Below are positions 39,097 to 49,526 of a DNA stretch of 64,000 bases, in pieces. The notes under the pieces are model-generated. The model was not told where the DNA came from. It saw only the letters and a program-made list of their open reading frames with translations, and searched no databases. Within the stretch, counting starts at the first letter, position 1; each line of letters begins with the position of its first letter. Source of the stretch: a virus (lineage: Duplodnaviria > Caudoviricetes); IMG/VR virus record IMGVR_UViG_3300032007_000028; one strand, written 5' to 3'. The translations under genes were made by a program, and so were the position numbers.

Positions 39097-40617
39097 TCAT
39101 ACCTGCATGAACTGCGAATCTATTGGATAAATCGTTGTCGTAGGACCGTTTCTACTTGTTATGGTTACGCTTTTTCTGTTCGAGGACGACGTTCCCGCTA
39201 TACCAGGATATACGATTACGTCTCTAAGAAAATGCCTGTCGTCTGCGACGCTATCCGACGTATCGATGTAGAGATTCGAGCATCCAGTCGCTATTGATAT
39301 GTTATTAACGTAGTTTATCGTCGCTGAAGAATCGCCGAATTTGACGTACGAGCATTTGTTGCCGAAAACACACGAATAGGTGTAGTCGCCGAATTCGATA
39401 TTCTCGCAATTGTCTCCGAATCTATTGTTATACGCGTACGTGCCCAAATTGTTGTATCTAAACAGATAACCGAAGTCGTTGAGTCCACAATGCTCCCCAA
39501 ACACGTTTCCCATCGCGTTTTCGTCGAATCTATTCAACTCGCAATTTCCCGCTAATCGATTATAACTGCAACCGAACGAGAATTGATTCATACTGCACGA
39601 ATAACTGAGCGTATTGTGGTTGCAGTTTTTACCAAATATGTTGTTATTGCTGTCCAAAAACGACGCAGTGGAATAAAACACGTTGAATGGTAGATTTAGT
39701 TTTCCACCGTTGAATCGATAGCATTCAATTACGTTGCCTTGCGCTGATTTATTTAGAGATGCGTCAACGTTATTCCCGCTGTTTTTGTAAGTAAACGTAT
39801 ACGCGTTTACATAGCCGTGAGAAGAGTACGTGAACAGACAGTTCTTGAAATCGTATGGACAATCGTTGCCGAACTCATCCACCATACGATAGATTACGCC
39901 TTTACCATTCGTCGTATCGGCCCAGGCGAATCTCGAAGTATCGTTGTCTACGCAGTATTCGAGACGCCACGACCTCAAATCGCTATCTGCGAAATACGTA
40001 TCTCCTTCGTGCTTTATCGCACGAGCGTTTTCGTTTAACGTGCTCTCGTCGTCTGCCACCACTATCACGTCGAACGAATGATTGGCCGAAGACGTGTTGC
40101 TTGTGGTCGTCGTGAACTCATAGTCAGTGATTCTGTATTGCATGCCTGGAATCAATTTCCCTTCGTTTCTTGCTGTGACCAGTTGCGAGTACGTAATCTC
40201 CAACATCAAATCGGAAACAGCGGGTGTGGGAGGAGTCGGTCCCACCGAGCCGCCAGACGTCACCGCCATGTACAGAGACGAAAGCTGTTCCGCAGTCACA
40301 TTGCCCAATTTCGTATTCGACGGCAACGTGGCCGAGTCGCTTACGTTCAGCGATTGCACGTTCGCATAACCCACCTCATTGGACGAATCGTTTGTGAGAA
40401 ACAGTTTGCCCACGATTGTCGGCTTGTCTTTGTAGTGGTCTTCGAACGCGACGAAAACGACGTCCCCCTCATTCAGAGAATTGACGATGCCGGGATTATA
40501 TGAAAGAGTCGCTTCCGCGATGAATTGTGAGCCACCCGCTTCCTCGAAATACGGAATGCGTACGGAGTACTTATTGCTCTCTACGGGTCTAGATACGATT
40601 ATACCTTTTGTAATCAT
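39097..40617 (-). CDS. baseplate spike (OB-fold N-terminus) fused to a beta-helix domain
   Basis: Start corrected to MITKG (ATGA overlap); VRIP..GDVVFVAFE...PTI.G; PTPPTP linker; N.FG.NC beta-helix repeats. Confidence 0.75.
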   Translation of the reverse strand: MITKGIIVSRPVESNKYSVRIPYFEEAGGSQFIAEATLSYNPGIVNSLNEGDVVFVAFEDHYKDKPTIVGKLFLTNDSSNEVGYANVQSLNVSDSATLPSNTKLGNVTAEQLSSLYMAVTSGGSVGPTPPTPAVSDLMLEITYSQLVTARNEGKLIPGMQYRITDYEFTTTTSNTSSANHSFDVIVVADDESTLNENARAIKHEGDTYFADSDLRSWRLEYCVDNDTSRFAWADTTNGKGVIYRMVDEFGNDCPYDFKNCLFTYSSHGYVNAYTFTYKNSGNNVDASLNKSAQGNVIECYRFNGGKLNLPFNVFYSTASFLDSNNNIFGKNCNHNTLSYSCSMNQFSFGCSYNRLAGNCELNRFDENAMGNVFGEHCGLNDFGYLFRYNNLGTYAYNNRFGDNCENIEFGDYTYSCVFGNKCSYVKFGDSSATINYVNNISIATGCSNLYIDTSDSVADDRHFLRDVIVYPGIAGTSSSNRKSVTITSRNGPTTTIYPIDSQFMQV

Positions 40618-41876
40618 GCAATCGCCTCCGTCACGCCCGTGTCTCCGACTCTGAGCAACGTCAGCGTCGTTCTGAACCCTTGGGTGTCTATGTGGTCGCT
40701 TTCGCCTGTCACCACGTAAAGACCACTCGACAGATGCTTGCGTCCGTAGAAATACACATTCAGTTTCACATTCGTCATCAGAATCGCAGGTCTCAACAGA
40801 CCACGTATCGTCAACGAAGCCTTTATCGGGAACGACGTGACGTTTGTCCACCAAGTTCTGTCTGCTTCCGTCGTCGTTCTCGTCGCAGTGCCACTGCTCA
40901 AGACGGGCGCATACTCATATATTATATTACCTTCGTCGTCCACGCGAGCGACGTATTTCGAGTCGTTGAGTTTATTCTGAAAGTCGTAGTATATGGAATA
41001 ACTGTTATCGGTCAGAATCTTAAAGTCGGTAACGATGTTCTGAGAAGGATAGCCTATGTCGAGTTCATACGCGAACGACGTGTCCTCAACTATGTCGGAA
41101 CGCTGTACTTTGAAATACGCACCACCGAATTCGCCAGAAGTGTCGTCCATGACGACTATCGAAAACATCGAACCCTTCAACAGTGACGAATCGTTCGCGG
41201 TCTTCATCATCTTCACGAGATACGTTATGTAATCGAGAACGGACATGTTCGTCTGCATCAGAAGATTGACGGGCATGTCGTCGGAGAAAATCAAACCCTT
41301 TTGCTCGACCTTCGTTCTGTTCGTCATGCCCTCGAAAACGTTCAATAGACCATAATCGTTGGGACCGTAAAGCAACTCTTTTATGACGTTGCTAGGTCTG
41401 TCGTATCTCGCTGGAAACGTGTGCGAGCCTTGCGACAGAAGATTGCCAGAGCTTATCGCTTTCACTATATAACTTATCGTAGACGAAGATGCGGATACTT
41501 GAGTCGTCGCACTGAGGAACAAGGCTTCCTCGCGTCTATAGCAGAATGAGGGGGCAGACAAGTCACCGTATTCGAATACTATCTTTCTCGTCTTGCTTAT
41601 CGACCCAAAAACCTTCTCGAAGAAGTTAGGGTCATCGTTTTCGGTGACTGAGTATACGAAGTTCAGATTGTACTTATTAACGACGCCGTTGATTTTCGTT
41701 ATGTCAAGGGACTGAATGTAGTTCGGATACGTTATGCCCTTTATTATCTGGTTTTCGTCTATCACTATGTTCGTCTTCTGAACGACGCCGAAAACGTAGT
41801 CTCCGAAAATGACCTTGATGAAGGGCGTCTCCACCCTGGATAAAGAAGAAAGCAGTTTGAGATTAGCGTTTGCCAT
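40614..41876 (-). CDS. baseplate hub protein
   Basis: C-terminal ASLTIRG..SGLY.VT...D.I...GF.TTL.L.R hub signature. Confidence 0.75.
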   Translation of the reverse strand: MANANLKLLSSLSRVETPFIKVIFGDYVFGVVQKTNIVIDENQIIKGITYPNYIQSLDITKINGVVNKYNLNFVYSVTENDDPNFFEKVFGSISKTRKIVFEYGDLSAPSFCYRREEALFLSATTQVSASSSTISYIVKAISSGNLLSQGSHTFPARYDRPSNVIKELLYGPNDYGLLNVFEGMTNRTKVEQKGLIFSDDMPVNLLMQTNMSVLDYITYLVKMMKTANDSSLLKGSMFSIVVMDDTSGEFGGAYFKVQRSDIVEDTSFAYELDIGYPSQNIVTDFKILTDNSYSIYYDFQNKLNDSKYVARVDDEGNIIYEYAPVLSSGTATRTTTEADRTWWTNVTSFPIKASLTIRGLLRPAILMTNVKLNVYFYGRKHLSSGLYVVTGESDHIDTQGFRTTLTLLRVGDTGVTEAIA

Positions 41877-41877
41877 A

Positions 41878-42201
41878 TCAGTTTTCGAATTCTATATTGC
41901 TGATGTTCGGTATCTTGAGAGAATCGTATTTGCCAAACAATTCCTCAAGAGGGTCCTGTATTCTGTTGAAGTCGGCTATAACCCAATACAAATCGGGTCT
42001 GCCATAATATTTGAGCGAGAGCGAGTCCAGAGTGTCCTCCTGAATGATTCTGTGTGCTACGTAAGCGATTCCGTCGTCGTTCAATTGACTCGTTATACCA
42101 TATACGTACTTATCGTCAAGTTCGTTATAATAGTATGGAAAAGACGCATATCTGGATATGTAGTTATACGTTCTGTATGCTTTGTTCTTCAAATTATCCA
42201 T
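41878..42201 (-). CDS. LysM-like baseplate wedge protein (gp53/tail-X-like)
   Basis: DTLDSLS.KYYG.P.LYWVIADFN.I.DP. Confidence 0.85.
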   Translation of the reverse strand: MDNLKNKAYRTYNYISRYASFPYYYNELDDKYVYGITSQLNDDGIAYVAHRIIQEDTLDSLSLKYYGRPDLYWVIADFNRIQDPLEELFGKYDSLKIPNISNIEFEN

Positions 42202-42211
42202 GTGCTTTCCC

Positions 42212-42799
42212 TCACTTGAATACGCCGTTCTTGAACGCGCTTGTTATCCCTCTGAACGAACCGAGGGCCGCGACGCTCTTCGCGTCGAATGGTTCGACCT
42301 CGTATATGTCGAACGACACGTCGGCTTGTGCGTATTTATTGCCTTTCAATATGGGCTTTTCGTACGTGACGGACACACCGCCATTGACGATTCCCTTTAC
42401 GAACAATTCGTTTCCGAATCTCAGCGCGACCATAGGCGGTACGACGCTCTTATTCGCCGTGTCGTATACGGGTAACGCTATCGACTGTATCTTGCGAAGG
42501 AACGCGTCCATATAGTCTTCTCCGTCTTCTAGCGTCATATTGCTCTTACCGTAGTTGACGTTGTCTAACATGTCTCTGTGAAAATGCAGTCTCACGTTGA
42601 CAGAACGAGGCCCGGAATTGCTGTACGTGAATACGGGAGCCGTACGCGAAAGGGCGTTGTTCGATGCGAAAGTCGAACTCATCTTGTCGGAAATCGTGTC
42701 GGGGTATTCCGGTATTATCAGCCACTCGTCGATGTGATACAGATAGATGTAATTGTCGACGAGTCTGGAAGAGTTAGTCGAGTATGTGTCCGTTGCCAT
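42212..42799 (-). CDS. tail tube initiator / baseplate protein
   Basis: P..ISD..R.AP.FTYS.SGPR; P.Y...PP.V..RFG..KG. Confidence 0.7.
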   Translation of the reverse strand: MATDTYSTNSSRLVDNYIYLYHIDEWLIIPEYPDTISDKMSSTFASNNALSRTAPVFTYSNSGPRSVNVRLHFHRDMLDNVNYGKSNMTLEDGEDYMDAFLRKIQSIALPVYDTANKSVVPPMVALRFGNELFVKGIVNGGVSVTYEKPILKGNKYAQADVSFDIYEVEPFDAKSVAALGSFRGITSAFKNGVFK

Positions 42800-44144
42800 C
42801 TGCGTAAATCTCCTTTAGATAACCCATCGCGTTTTCAACGTCTTTGTCGCAATACGATATGACGTCGAAATTGTCGTCGTTTATCGCGGTTTCGACCACG
42901 AATCTGTAGATTGACCTGCGAATACCGTCGTCCCACATCCCATAATAATTTTCTATGGAATAGTGATACTTTTCGTTGCTTAACAAAGTCTTCTGCAGTC
43001 TCTTTATGTTCTTGACGATTTCGTCGTTTGGCGTTATCGCTTGATTGGAAAGATATTCGACCAATCTATCCGCGAGAAGTTGATTGTCGTTTAGATTCAA
43101 GTCGAGAAGCTGGTGCTTATTCAAATAGTCATACTGCGATAACGTATAATCTACGTCACTGCTCTTCCATCTCACGTTTACGAAAGTTATCGTATTCGTA
43201 GTTTCGTCATACCCATATCCGTATCTTTGCATAACGAAGCCTGGATATTTAGACTCAACGTATTTGGTCGCATCAGTAGGTGCGATAACGCCAGGACCAA
43301 CTGGTATATGATTGTCGATTATCTCCTGAGACGTTATTACGACAATATTCGGCAAATCAGAAGCGGATATCTTCAGAAATACGGGTTTTGTAAGAACCTC
43401 TTTATACCCATCCACAAGAAGTTGAAGATAATCGTATTCGCCTTCGAGGACGACTATAGATGACTCACAAGCTTTCGGCACCTTCACGAACATACGAAGA
43501 CCACTCTCTCTTTTGAAGTACTCTTCTTTTTTCGACTGCTCCATGCTTTCGGACAATGCGACCTCCAATTCCCTGGGCTGTTCGAACGTCATCCCTCTGA
43601 GATGGATGCAAGACTGCGAAACGACATCCACTTTCCCGTCGGTTGACGCTATCCCATAGAAAGCGCAAATTTCACCATGGAAAGTCAACGCGATGCTATA
43701 TTTTTGACCGAACTTGACGGGAAACGAGAATAATGTGTAATTACCATCGTTGGATTTGAATTCCACTCCATCAATCTCGACGTCGACGTTTTTCGTCGTT
43801 TCGTACGAGAAGCAGTTGTACATGCCCATCAAGTTGACTCCTGTGTAGTCACGCAGAAATCTGAGATACTCGCCAAGATATTCGTGGGTGTGATAGTCGT
43901 ATACGGTCGTATTCGTAGACAGATTGGTCGTTATATTCGCTATGAAGTTTCCCTTCTGATAGGAATCGAGTCTTCTCGTTCCAGAAGACGTTTTCTGAAC
44001 GATGTCGTTTCCGACAATCGCAATCTCACCATTGAATCTCAAGTCTTCCGCACTTGCGTATACTCTGCACTTTGGCAAATTGAAAGACTTCAGCAACTGC
44101 TTTATTTCGCCTACGAATATGTTGTCGTCGTTCAGCTTAATCAT
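42774..44144 (-). CDS. putative virion structural protein
   Basis: 456 aa within tail operon. Confidence 0.55.
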   Translation of the reverse strand: MIKLNDDNIFVGEIKQLLKSFNLPKCRVYASAEDLRFNGEIAIVGNDIVQKTSSGTRRLDSYQKGNFIANITTNLSTNTTVYDYHTHEYLGEYLRFLRDYTGVNLMGMYNCFSYETTKNVDVEIDGVEFKSNDGNYTLFSFPVKFGQKYSIALTFHGEICAFYGIASTDGKVDVVSQSCIHLRGMTFEQPRELEVALSESMEQSKKEEYFKRESGLRMFVKVPKACESSIVVLEGEYDYLQLLVDGYKEVLTKPVFLKISASDLPNIVVITSQEIIDNHIPVGPGVIAPTDATKYVESKYPGFVMQRYGYGYDETTNTITFVNVRWKSSDVDYTLSQYDYLNKHQLLDLNLNDNQLLADRLVEYLSNQAITPNDEIVKNIKRLQKTLLSNEKYHYSIENYYGMWDDGIRRSIYRFVVETAINDDNFDVISYCDKDVENAMGYLKEIYADGNGHILD

Positions 44145-46291
44145 ATGACACCTCCAGAACGCAATGCCTGTCTGAAGTCCTCAGCCTGAGTCTGATTGAG
44201 ATTGACGTTTATCTCGTCAGTAATCTTGCTTTCAATCGAAACCATCTTTTCCGACATCGCGTTCACGTTGCCTTCGAGTGAGACCATTCTCGCGTCCAAA
44301 GTTTCTGTCAGATACTTCAGTATATTGGGAATCACGTTATCGGCTTCCGAGCCCGTCGTGACAGTCTGCTGAGACACGCTCTCGTTTGCGGCCTGCAACG
44401 TTTGTTGATACAAATCGCTCGAAGAACTGCTTCCTATGAACGAAGACTCAGACAGAGACGTACCCCTTTGTCTCGTCGACACGCCTGTACCTCTCGTGAT
44501 GGTCTGATTTCCCTCCATGATTTTTAGAGCACTGAGCATGCCAACGGGAGACGCCATGTTGCCTACGCCAGTTATCAGGTCGCCTATCATTTCAAGTGTA
44601 CCGTACCCAACGAGCCCAAGTTTCATCAGCTGATTGACCGTGGACTTGAGGTCGACGCCAGTACCGAATGCGAATGCGGCTGGTATGGGTATGCCGCCTG
44701 TCGCTTGTTCAATCATCGAGTTGACTTTCCATAAAGCCGCCGCCGCTGGATTGCTTGCTATGTTCGCACCTAAGCCAAACTGCAGATTCTCGAAATAAGT
44801 CGCAAGTCTCGATTGAATCGGCACTCTCTCAGACATCACGCCCATCTGATAGCCAAGTTCTTTGTACATATCGTCGACCGACATCATGTCTCTGGTAATC
44901 GTATCGAGAGACGACGCGAGTTGAGATGCGGCTGTCAAATCGGAAATGCCGATTCCAAACGTATTCGCCAACTGTGACTTCACGACGTTGGAACCACTTG
45001 AGCCCATTTCGACCATATAGTCGACCAAAGAGCGCATCAAAGCATTCGTGTTTTTCGCGGTCAACCCACCTTGAAGCAAATCCGAATATGAAAGATTTGC
45101 GCGACTCGCAGCCGTTATCAGAAGATTCTGCATATTGGAACCCGACAAGGCTTCTACGTTACCACTGCCCAACTGGCCCAATGCTGTCGCTATATTCGTT
45201 GCCGTACTTTCTGAAAGACCGACGCCAGTCAACGCGCCCAGCCACTTCTGAACCACGTACTCCATTTCCGTAGCCATGGACGAAGTCATCTGCGAAGACG
45301 CATCAATCAAGGCGGTTTCAACACTATCGAACGTCTGCTTTAAGTAGGAAGTATCGCTTACGAGTTCGTTGAGGAATCTCGTCAAATAGGCTTCCATGCC
45401 CAAACGAGATGCTGTAGAGTCCGACTGTTGCAAACGAATCAATCTTAGTAAAGTGCCGTTGGCTGCATCGAAAGTCGTCGCGATATCGTCCTTCAACGTG
45501 TTGAGAAATGCACGCTGGTCAAGATTCGTGGCGACGCCTTCCTCAACGAGTTTCTGAAGGTTGTCCATCATTGTCTCGGTTTTGAAAAACCCAGTCACAC
45601 CAACGCTTTTCTGAAGACTCTGCTCAAGAACCGAGAAATAGTTTCTGCTGTTCGTGAACGTCGCGCCCTGCAGTCTTGCGTTTATACCGACTGCATAACT
45701 TGTGTATTTTGCTATCGCGTTATCGACGCCAGAAGTCAACTTGACGAGAGACTGAATCGCGTTATCGATACCTTTGACAACATTCGCTTTGCGAAGCGCC
45801 TTCATCTCAGCCTGCTCTGCAGATTGGAGCATCTTCATCTCAGACTGCGCTTGCTTGAACGCGTCCTTTAATTCTCCTGTTACGTTCTCACCGCGCTTAA
45901 AAAGTTCTTTATAGACTTCGATTATCTGCTCGTTCTCTTCTTTGTTTCTCTTGGCCCTCTCCAAGTCAAGCTTCTGACGCTCTTTGTTAAGACTCTTTAT
46001 ATTTTTCAGTTCCTGTGCGTATATTTCTAACTGATATTTTATATTATCGCGCTTTGTTTTAGCGAGCTTTTCGTCGTCTAGCTTTTTCTCGTACTCCTTC
46101 TTTTTATCCTCGATTTCCTTCGCGCTTTTTAACTGCGCGGTCATAACCGATTTAAGAGCGGCCAACTTCGCCTCTTTCTCTACTGCGGCAAGCCTTTTTG
46201 CCTGCTCTACCAAAATTTCTTCGAAAGTCTTTTCAGACGAATCCAATTTGTTAGAGTTTTCGTTTCTGTTGTCGAAGTTACCTTTGGCCAT
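44141..46291 (-). CDS. tape measure-like protein
   Basis: Long helical/coiled-coil protein between the chaperone and baseplate genes. Confidence 0.65.
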   Translation of the reverse strand: MAKGNFDNRNENSNKLDSSEKTFEEILVEQAKRLAAVEKEAKLAALKSVMTAQLKSAKEIEDKKKEYEKKLDDEKLAKTKRDNIKYQLEIYAQELKNIKSLNKERQKLDLERAKRNKEENEQIIEVYKELFKRGENVTGELKDAFKQAQSEMKMLQSAEQAEMKALRKANVVKGIDNAIQSLVKLTSGVDNAIAKYTSYAVGINARLQGATFTNSRNYFSVLEQSLQKSVGVTGFFKTETMMDNLQKLVEEGVATNLDQRAFLNTLKDDIATTFDAANGTLLRLIRLQQSDSTASRLGMEAYLTRFLNELVSDTSYLKQTFDSVETALIDASSQMTSSMATEMEYVVQKWLGALTGVGLSESTATNIATALGQLGSGNVEALSGSNMQNLLITAASRANLSYSDLLQGGLTAKNTNALMRSLVDYMVEMGSSGSNVVKSQLANTFGIGISDLTAASQLASSLDTITRDMMSVDDMYKELGYQMGVMSERVPIQSRLATYFENLQFGLGANIASNPAAAALWKVNSMIEQATGGIPIPAAFAFGTGVDLKSTVNQLMKLGLVGYGTLEMIGDLITGVGNMASPVGMLSALKIMEGNQTITRGTGVSTRQRGTSLSESSFIGSSSSSDLYQQTLQAANESVSQQTVTTGSEADNVIPNILKYLTETLDARMVSLEGNVNAMSEKMVSIESKITDEINVNLNQTQAEDFRQALRSGGVI

Positions 46292-46312
46292 TTAAGCGTC
46301 TCTCCTTGTTGT

Positions 46313-46546
46313 CTAACGAGCTTTCCTTTCTTCGGACTTCTTCTTGAGTTTGTCCATCTCCTCTTGCTGTTTCTTGTCTTCGAGGTCAATCATGTCGAGC
46401 ATGTATTTCCTCTCAAGTGGCGTCACCTTCATCAAATCCGTATACGAAGTGTTTATTCGATGCGATATCCGATAGCATTCCACCACTATTTGCTTATATC
46501 TCGCTGGTCCGTAGGGACTTCCATCAGAGAGATATTGTGGGTCCAT
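46313..46546 (-). CDS. tail assembly chaperone second frame (gp51/GT-like)
   Basis: Y.IS....TSY.DLM.VTPLER; overlaps upstream gene in the +1 frame; no SD. Confidence 0.6.
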   Translation of the reverse strand: MDPQYLSDGSPYGPARYKQIVVECYRISHRINTSYTDLMKVTPLERKYMLDMIDLEDKKQQEEMDKLKKKSEERKAR

Positions 46547-47276
46547 AAAATTCAGACTGGACACGAAACGGTACGACGCTTTCGGCGCCACACTCTTTGC
46601 ATTCTGCGGTCACCTCTGCGTCCATTCCCACCTTTCTGTTCAACGCATCACCTTTTTGGATGATTGCATACACGTCTTTCATCGGAAGTCTTCTGACGAA
46701 CGTCTCCAACTGAATCTCGTCCAGTCTTTTGCCGTCGACTTTCGCGATAAACGCCATCGTTCCGTACAATACCTCGAAATTGAGATATTCGTCCTTCGTC
46801 TTGCGTCTTGCTTCTTTGGCCTGCTCTTTCACTTTGTCAAGCATTCTCGGCGTCTGCAAAGTCAGAGTTATCGTCTTCTTCGACACAGGCAATTCGAGTT
46901 CCATGCTACCAAACGTTTCCTCGTCGAACTCATGAACCTCAAGGTCGTCGAGGTCTACTGTGGTGGAGACTATTTCGCCACACACCGGACACTGCATCGT
47001 CATGTTGTATTCCGTACCATATGTGACAACTCTCAACTTATGAAGCAAGAACTGATAGTCACCGAGACAGAGGTCGTATACTGATATCGGCAACGGTTTT
47101 TCGAGACAATCCTCGATTATCGTAGCCATCGTTCTGTACTCGGAATCGCCATGCGATAGACGTTTCATCTCCTCAAGAGTAGTCATGCTTCTGAGCGTGA
47201 CGTGAGGGTCGAACGGCTCTCCGTAGACCTTGCCTTTAGACGGCAATACGAATGTTTCCCTAATGGTCGTTTCCAT
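46524..47276 (-). CDS. baseplate hub / tail assembly chaperone (T4 gp26-like)
   Basis: LPSKG..Y, RSMTT.EE, L..GD..FLL..LR..TYG, CPVC..CKEC. Confidence 0.8.
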   Translation of the reverse strand: METTIRETFVLPSKGKVYGEPFDPHVTLRSMTTLEEMKRLSHGDSEYRTMATIIEDCLEKPLPISVYDLCLGDYQFLLHKLRVVTYGTEYNMTMQCPVCGEIVSTTVDLDDLEVHEFDEETFGSMELELPVSKKTITLTLQTPRMLDKVKEQAKEARRKTKDEYLNFEVLYGTMAFIAKVDGKRLDEIQLETFVRRLPMKDVYAIIQKGDALNRKVGMDAEVTAECKECGAESVVPFRVQSEFYGPTISL

Positions 47277-47305
47277 GTCTTTTATATCCCTTCAATCAAA
47301 TAAAT

Positions 47306-47500
47306 TTAGCAATCTGCGTCTGAATCGCGATTCTTTTCCGAGAAGTACTTTTCGAGTATATAGCGTATCGTGGCAGAGAACGAAAACTCCTTTTCGTACG
47401 CTTCCTCTCGCACCATTTGACGCAGTCTCTCCGACATTGCCAAAGCCACTATCTTGGGCTTGCTTTCTTCGTTTGTCTTCTCAACGGTCTCCAAATTCAT
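47306..47500 (-). CDS. ribbon-helix-helix DNA-binding protein
   Basis: IVALAMSERLRQMVREEAYEKEFSFSATIRYILEKYF; paralogue of 15664-15819. Confidence 0.75.
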   Translation of the reverse strand: MNLETVEKTNEESKPKIVALAMSERLRQMVREEAYEKEFSFSATIRYILEKYFSEKNRDSDADC

Positions 47501-47564
47501 AACACATAAAACCTTTCTATTGAATTTAGCAGATTTTTATAAATTTATAAACGTCTTTAGAAAA

Positions 47565-47589
47565 GAAAAAGATGGCCAATGCCATCTTA
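47565..47589 (-). terminator. intrinsic terminator after tail tube gene
   Basis: AAGATGGC-attg-GCCATCTT followed by a U-tract on - strand. Confidence 0.75.
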
Positions 47590-47605
47590 ATCAGTTTGGA
47601 TTCGT

Positions 47606-48217
47606 TTACGCGCCTTCGTCTTCGAGGTTCGTGTATTCGGAAGAGTCGAGAAGATACGCCCTGTCGAACACAATCGTCGCGGTGACGGTTCTCTTTCCTT
47701 CTTCTTCGTTGGAGAACGCGCCTTCCTGAACTTCGCTGACCCATGCGCCTTCGATTACCCATTCACGAAGGATTTCCTTATAATCGGGAGTGAACTCGAT
47801 GAGTCTGCATTCCTTCTTGTAGTTCGTCGCGCGATTCACGTGACCATTACGCACATTGTAAGCAAGGGCCTGCCACGCCATGATTGCGTCTTTGGTTCTC
47901 GCGCCCATGTAGTCGTTGACGACGAGAGGAAGGTCGTTGAATCTGGGAGTGCCAGCGAACTTGATTGTGTCGTTGCCACGCTTCACTTCAATCTGACCCA
48001 CGGAATAGTGAGGGACCGAAGAACTGACGACGGAAACGCGAATCGTTTCCTGAGCGTTCGTTATGTAATCGTTGGAACCATGTTCGACCGCATCATCGAG
48101 ACCAGATTTCAGAAGGTCTCCGATGCCGGTTGCTACGAATTCGAAGTTGTTGCTACGTGCGGGCTCATACAGCTGAGGGTTATCGGCTAAATGCCATGCA
48201 CCGTGTTGTTTTGCCAT
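47606..48217 (-). CDS. tail tube protein (gp19-like)
   Basis: EP.RSNNF, P...V..I.V.RGN...KFAG.P, W, YKK...L.E..PD, W...G.W, FDRA. Confidence 0.88.
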   Translation of the reverse strand: MAKQHGAWHLADNPQLYEPARSNNFEFVATGIGDLLKSGLDDAVEHGSNDYITNAQETIRVSVVSSSVPHYSVGQIEVKRGNDTIKFAGTPRFNDLPLVVNDYMGARTKDAIMAWQALAYNVRNGHVNRATNYKKECRLIEFTPDYKEILREWVIEGAWVSEVQEGAFSNEEEGKRTVTATIVFDRAYLLDSSEYTNLEDEGA

Positions 48218-48236
48218 ATCGTGTCTGTCCTCCAGG

Positions 48237-49457
48237 TTATTCGACTATGTCAAGCGAATCGGAAAGGTAGATTTCAAGTTCGAAGTCTTCGACGGCCTCA
48301 ATGGCTGAAATGATGAGTCTGCCATGAACTCTGCCCTTCTTGTCAGTGCCAAGTCTGACGAGTTTGTAGAAGTTGATTCCTTCATTGCTCTTCATGCGTT
48401 CGAGCAGAGGGATTATCTGAGATGTGAAGTTGACCCAGAGAACGTAGTCGTTCTGCTCATATCTGTAAAGATTGGCCGCTTCGTACATCGTCTTGTTTAT
48501 TTCAGAAACGAGATTTCTAACGTTGAGGAACGAGGAAGCGATAATGCCTCTTGTTGCATCATTTTCACGCATCGTTCTGTTGCCGTTTATGATGTAACCG
48601 GTGGGTCTGACATACGAAATGGGGTTGATTGCGATACCTACGTTATCGCCCGTTTCGTCCAAATCGACTGCACCATCAGAAGCACGCGCTTGAAGTTGTT
48701 CGACGTCTGCCGTAGTATACTTGTATTTGACTGCGCCAAGTTCGGGTATTATACCACGGAACGAACCGGCAATCGCGAACCAAGACGGATTGGTCTTGAT
48801 GCTTCTTGCATAAGCCAGCAAATAACCTGCGGAAGCCGGTAATTCGCACGACGCGCCGTCGATGTTCGCATCGAACCAGGGAGTGAATGCGGCCGCGAAG
48901 GAGTTTGGGTCCGTCGTGGTCTTGATTCCGTAAGTTGCTATATCTGCCGTCTCTAACTTCAACCCTTCGAAGACTGCTCGAATAGCTTCCACCTGAGTCT
49001 TTCCGCTTGCCGGAGTAACAGATTTCGCGTGGTCGAGAAGAGCTATGCAATCGCCTCTTTTCGCGGCGCAAGCAATCATGTCCTTTGACGGGCAAGCAAA
49101 AGCGCCTGTCGTCAGGAATCTTATGTCATAGAGGTTTCTGTCCTCAAGTCTTTTCCAGTCGTTTGCTGATATGCTTATAGAATAATCGCCGTCTACCACT
49201 GGCTGACTGGCAACGAATCCCTGAAACAGAACCTTGAGTCCCAATCTAATCAACCTCTTGGCCAATATGTAAGAATAACTCTGATTCTTTGCGCCTGCCT
49301 TAACGATGCCAGGCACTGCGTCAAGCTGAGCGACCGTCTCACAAAGAGTCGGCTCCACTGCGGAAGTCGTTGCGCCAGGAACGTAAACCACGTTAGACGC
49401 AAGCACAAACGGGGCTAGACCTGTAGAATCTATTTCCTTTATTTGGGTCTTAGGCAT
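48237..49457 (-). CDS. tail sheath protein
   Basis: W.A.AG..RG, INPI, GNRT, LNVR.L, YEQND..W. Confidence 0.9.
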   Translation of the reverse strand: MPKTQIKEIDSTGLAPFVLASNVVYVPGATTSAVEPTLCETVAQLDAVPGIVKAGAKNQSYSYILAKRLIRLGLKVLFQGFVASQPVVDGDYSISISANDWKRLEDRNLYDIRFLTTGAFACPSKDMIACAAKRGDCIALLDHAKSVTPASGKTQVEAIRAVFEGLKLETADIATYGIKTTTDPNSFAAAFTPWFDANIDGASCELPASAGYLLAYARSIKTNPSWFAIAGSFRGIIPELGAVKYKYTTADVEQLQARASDGAVDLDETGDNVGIAINPISYVRPTGYIINGNRTMRENDATRGIIASSFLNVRNLVSEINKTMYEAANLYRYEQNDYVLWVNFTSQIIPLLERMKSNEGINFYKLVRLGTDKKGRVHGRLIISAIEAVEDFELEIYLSDSLDIVE

Positions 49458-49526
49458 CTCTAATTCTCCTTATCTTGTTGAATAAAACAATTGTACTGCT
49501 TATCAATCATCTAATTTAGCAGAACG

